A stretch of 64,000 nt of DNA, from NCBI GenBank assembly GCA_964589055.1, contig CAZPSD010000002.1, positions 12,867 through 76,866 on the forward strand, in the 5' to 3' direction. This document shows, one piece after another, positions 61,371 to 64,000 of this stretch. The notes beneath the pieces are model-generated. The model searched no databases, was not told the DNA's origin, and saw nothing but the letters and a program-made list of their open reading frames with translations. Numbering within the stretch: position 1 is the first letter of the stretch; every line of letters begins with the position of its first letter. The stretch comes from an uncultured Bacteroides sp. (GTDB taxonomy: Bacteria; Bacillota; Clostridia; Lachnospirales; Lachnospiraceae). A program made the translations under genes and the position numbers.

Positions 61371-61451
61371 AGTTTCCTTTCCGAACCCTTTCAGGATTCT
61401 TAAGGAAGTCCCCACTATGCACTGTATTCTCATTGTAAAATAAATTGAGAT

Positions 61452-61883
61452 TTATGTCCACTTAAAAATAACAATTCCTACGATTGCCACTACCATTCCC
61501 ACGATCTTACGCATCTCAAGGGGCTGTTTTTCCACTCCGAACAATCCCAAGAGTTCAATCAGATACGCCACAATCAACTGTGAAATGACAATCAGCATGA
61601 CCGCCCTTGCCGGACCTAAAAGCGCCATTCCTTTAATAACCGTATAGGTAATAAAAGCCCCGATGGCTCCGCCCAGAAGCATATATTTCGGCTCCACTTT
61701 CCACAGAGACGTAAAAGATGAGCGGTCCGTAACAAGCCATCCGGCAAGACAGACAAGCAGCGCCGTCAACTGGACAAAAGCATTGGCTACCCAAATACCG
61801 GAGGTCTTCGTTACCTGTGTATTAAATACCCCTTGGACACTCATTAGTGCGCCGGACAATAATGCAATCAAAAAACCAAACAT
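61452..61883 (-). CDS. DMT-family (YdcZ-like) transporter
   Basis: QGVFN, LLGGAIGA, several TM helices. Confidence 0.85.
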   Translation of the reverse strand: MFGFLIALLSGALMSVQGVFNTQVTKTSGIWVANAFVQLTALLVCLAGWLVTDRSSFTSLWKVEPKYMLLGGAIGAFITYTVIKGMALLGPARAVMLIVISQLIVAYLIELLGLFGVEKQPLEMRKIVGMVVAIVGIVIFKWT

Positions 61884-61992
61884 AATATACCCTCGCTTTT
61901 ACAGAACTTCTACCAAAAATAAACAAGACAACGATAAACAACTGTCTTGTTATATCTTATCCAATCTTTGCGCGGGATATACATATGCAGAT

Positions 61993-63546
61993 TTAATTGC
62001 CGTCCGATTCCGTTTCTATATCTTCTATATCTTCTATATCCTCTTCCGGCATTTCCTCTTCCTCTTCGTTTTCCTCCGGAACATCGATATATTCCTCGGT
62101 ATATTCTTCACCGATCACCTGGGACATGATCTTTTCAGACAACGCTTTCAGGTCATCATTGGCATCATCCGCATCCCAGATCTTGGCAAAGGCAATCTCC
62201 AGTTCCACCCAGAAATTGCTCGTTTCAATCATCTTCGGCATTGGCACGGATGCTTTATATTCTTCCATATATGCTGCCACATTAGGATCATCATAAGTAG
62301 TGCCGTTTGAATATACCGGAAGCTTTCCGGTTCTGCCAAACAGACTGTCCGTATCATATTCCGTCAGATACACGGCAAAATCATTTGCCATCTCTTTCTG
62401 CGTGGAATATCCGTTCACGACCACGCACTGGGTCACAGACAGGGATGCTGATTCCAAAGTATCACTTACATCCGGCAGCATGGACATTCCGTACTCATAA
62501 TCAAAATTTCCTTCTGCCTTGGCAGCTTCTATCTTTGATAAGGCATCGGAAGTCACTACCGTGTAAACGATCTTGCCGTCCATGAAATCCTGCAGCACAC
62601 TGTCATAACTGATTTCTTTCGTATCGATGGAAAAGAACTGGTTTAAGTCCTGATACACTCTCAGGCAGCGGATCGCATCTGCATTATAAATATGGATCGA
62701 ATCTGCCTGGTCCCCGTTGATACCGCCTACATCAATATATTTCCCTACAAAGAAATAATTATAAAAAATATCGGATACATCCCACTTAAAGACCGCTTCT
62801 ACCTGTTCCGGCGCATCGTAGGAATCCGCAAAAGTCAGGATATCATCGATTGTGCTTGGCAGCGCTTCTTCCACTTTGGACGCAACCGCTTCCTCCGTGA
62901 AAGCATCACTCTGCACTTCGTCCGAGGCATCGTTTTCCTCCGGTATTTCCCCGTTGTCTGCCTGTGTCTGCGCTTCCTCTGCAGCCGCCTGATCCGCTTC
63001 CGCCTCAAGCTGCATTTTCGCCCAGTCTTCAAGATACGTCTTATTATAGAGAAAGCAGCTCGTCTCGAAATAGAACGGATAGGCGATCTGTTTGTCATGA
63101 TAGGTTACCGCATGGACCGCCGCCTCCGGGAAAACATCCGTCATCGCCCATGCGCCTTCCGGTACTTTCACCTCACTGGCGAGTCCCGCCAAATAAGCCT
63201 TTTCCAAAGAATCATTGTTGACAATATACAAATCCGGCACCTCTTCTCCGTGCAAGGATGCCTGGTTAATGGTCTCCAAATATTCCAAACCGGAAGTATA
63301 GACGGGAACCACTCTCACATCATCCTGATATTCGCTGTAAGATACCGCCACACTGTTCAAATAATCTGTCAGCGCCTCGTCCGTATACCATAAATATAAT
63401 GTCTCTCTGTGACCGAAGAGAGAATCATTCTCCTCTTCTGTCTCTTCGTCCTGGTAAATCGTCATTCCGACCATGCCGGCAGCATAGATTCCGCCCAAAA
63501 ACAGGGCGATTACCAGAATTGTAATTAGTCTCTTTTTTAGAGTCAC
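61993..63546 (-). CDS. Orphan extracellular solute-binding protein, TM-anchored and acidic
   Basis: MalE-like motifs (YPFYFET, LYNK, MP...FW); no lipobox; EDI x3 tail. Confidence 0.8.
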   Translation of the reverse strand: MTLKKRLITILVIALFLGGIYAAGMVGMTIYQDEETEEENDSLFGHRETLYLWYTDEALTDYLNSVAVSYSEYQDDVRVVPVYTSGLEYLETINQASLHGEEVPDLYIVNNDSLEKAYLAGLASEVKVPEGAWAMTDVFPEAAVHAVTYHDKQIAYPFYFETSCFLYNKTYLEDWAKMQLEAEADQAAAEEAQTQADNGEIPEENDASDEVQSDAFTEEAVASKVEEALPSTIDDILTFADSYDAPEQVEAVFKWDVSDIFYNYFFVGKYIDVGGINGDQADSIHIYNADAIRCLRVYQDLNQFFSIDTKEISYDSVLQDFMDGKIVYTVVTSDALSKIEAAKAEGNFDYEYGMSMLPDVSDTLESASLSVTQCVVVNGYSTQKEMANDFAVYLTEYDTDSLFGRTGKLPVYSNGTTYDDPNVAAYMEEYKASVPMPKMIETSNFWVELEIAFAKIWDADDANDDLKALSEKIMSQVIGEEYTEEYIDVPEENEEEEEMPEEDIEDIEDIETESDGN

Positions 63547-63605
63547 TCTTTACTCTCCTTTTTACTCTTGTAACTTATAACTTAACCACTGCGTCACTTA
63601 TGGCT

Positions 63606-64000
63606 TCATACGCATACTTCGCTGATGCTTTCCCGCAGAACAGCTATCATAGCATCCACATGCTCTTTCGTGATAACAAGCGCAGGAACGAAGCGAATGA
63701 TATCAGTTCCCGCATTGATCAAAACCAGACCCTTATCCATGGCTTTGACAATAATATCGCCTACCGGCCGGTTAAACACAAGTCCCTGCATCATGCCAAT
63801 ACCACGCCTTGTCTCAATACAGTCGAATTCCTCTGCCAGTTCGTCAAGCCGCTTACCGAGATAATCGCCGACATTTTTCACATTATCAAGCACCTTCTGT
63901 TTCTCGTACAATTCAATTACCTTACAGACAGCCGCACAGACTAACGGATTACCGCCGTACGTAGTACCGTGGTCTCCTGCCACAAGGGAATGGGCGCCTA
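63606..64000 (-). CDS. argD: Acetylornithine aminotransferase (3' part only)
   Basis: HGTTYGGNPL, RGIGMMQG, IRFVPAL; extends beyond the window. Confidence 0.9.
   Translation of the reverse strand, partial: GAHSLVAGDHGTTYGGNPLVCAAVCKVIELYEKQKVLDNVKNVGDYLGKRLDELAEEFDCIETRRGIGMMQGLVFNRPVGDIIVKAMDKGLVLINAGTDIIRFVPALVITKEHVDAMIAVLRESISEVCV

Overview
Core-chromosome window from a spore-forming Lachnospiraceae-like Clostridia bacterium (assignment inferred from gene content and order); most genes are on the minus strand. Left to right: a large DUF5717-like CDS running off the left edge (missed by the ORF track); a SleC-like cortex hydrolase; an arabinogalactan/arabinan utilisation locus (ABC importer, GH53, AraC, lipoprotein GH51, DUF5722-like secreted GH-A protein); CIRCE-controlled htpG; prsA, PHP, ilvE; a beta-CASP nuclease-thyA-folA-hybrid kinase run; convergent ytaF/yloB-like genes; an OmpR TCS plus ABC exporter cassette; greA; tRNA-Gly with an integrase scar; NagZ; a 185-bp MITE-like element; a promoter-to-hairpin A-rich non-coding transcript; thrR-hom-lysC; glyA; an SfsA-MutY fusion downstream of a 5'-nucleotidase and a DUF1653 gene behind a promoter with two LexA boxes; thrH; and comEA-RR-HK-GerMN-comEC-holA. 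No CRISPR array, prophage or intact transposase was seen. Best candidates for something new are the putative SOS-linked DUF1653/5'-nucleotidase/SfsA-MutY repair module and the ~300-nt A-rich ncRNA with repeated RGUA motifs. All family calls come from motif recognition by eye, not database searches.
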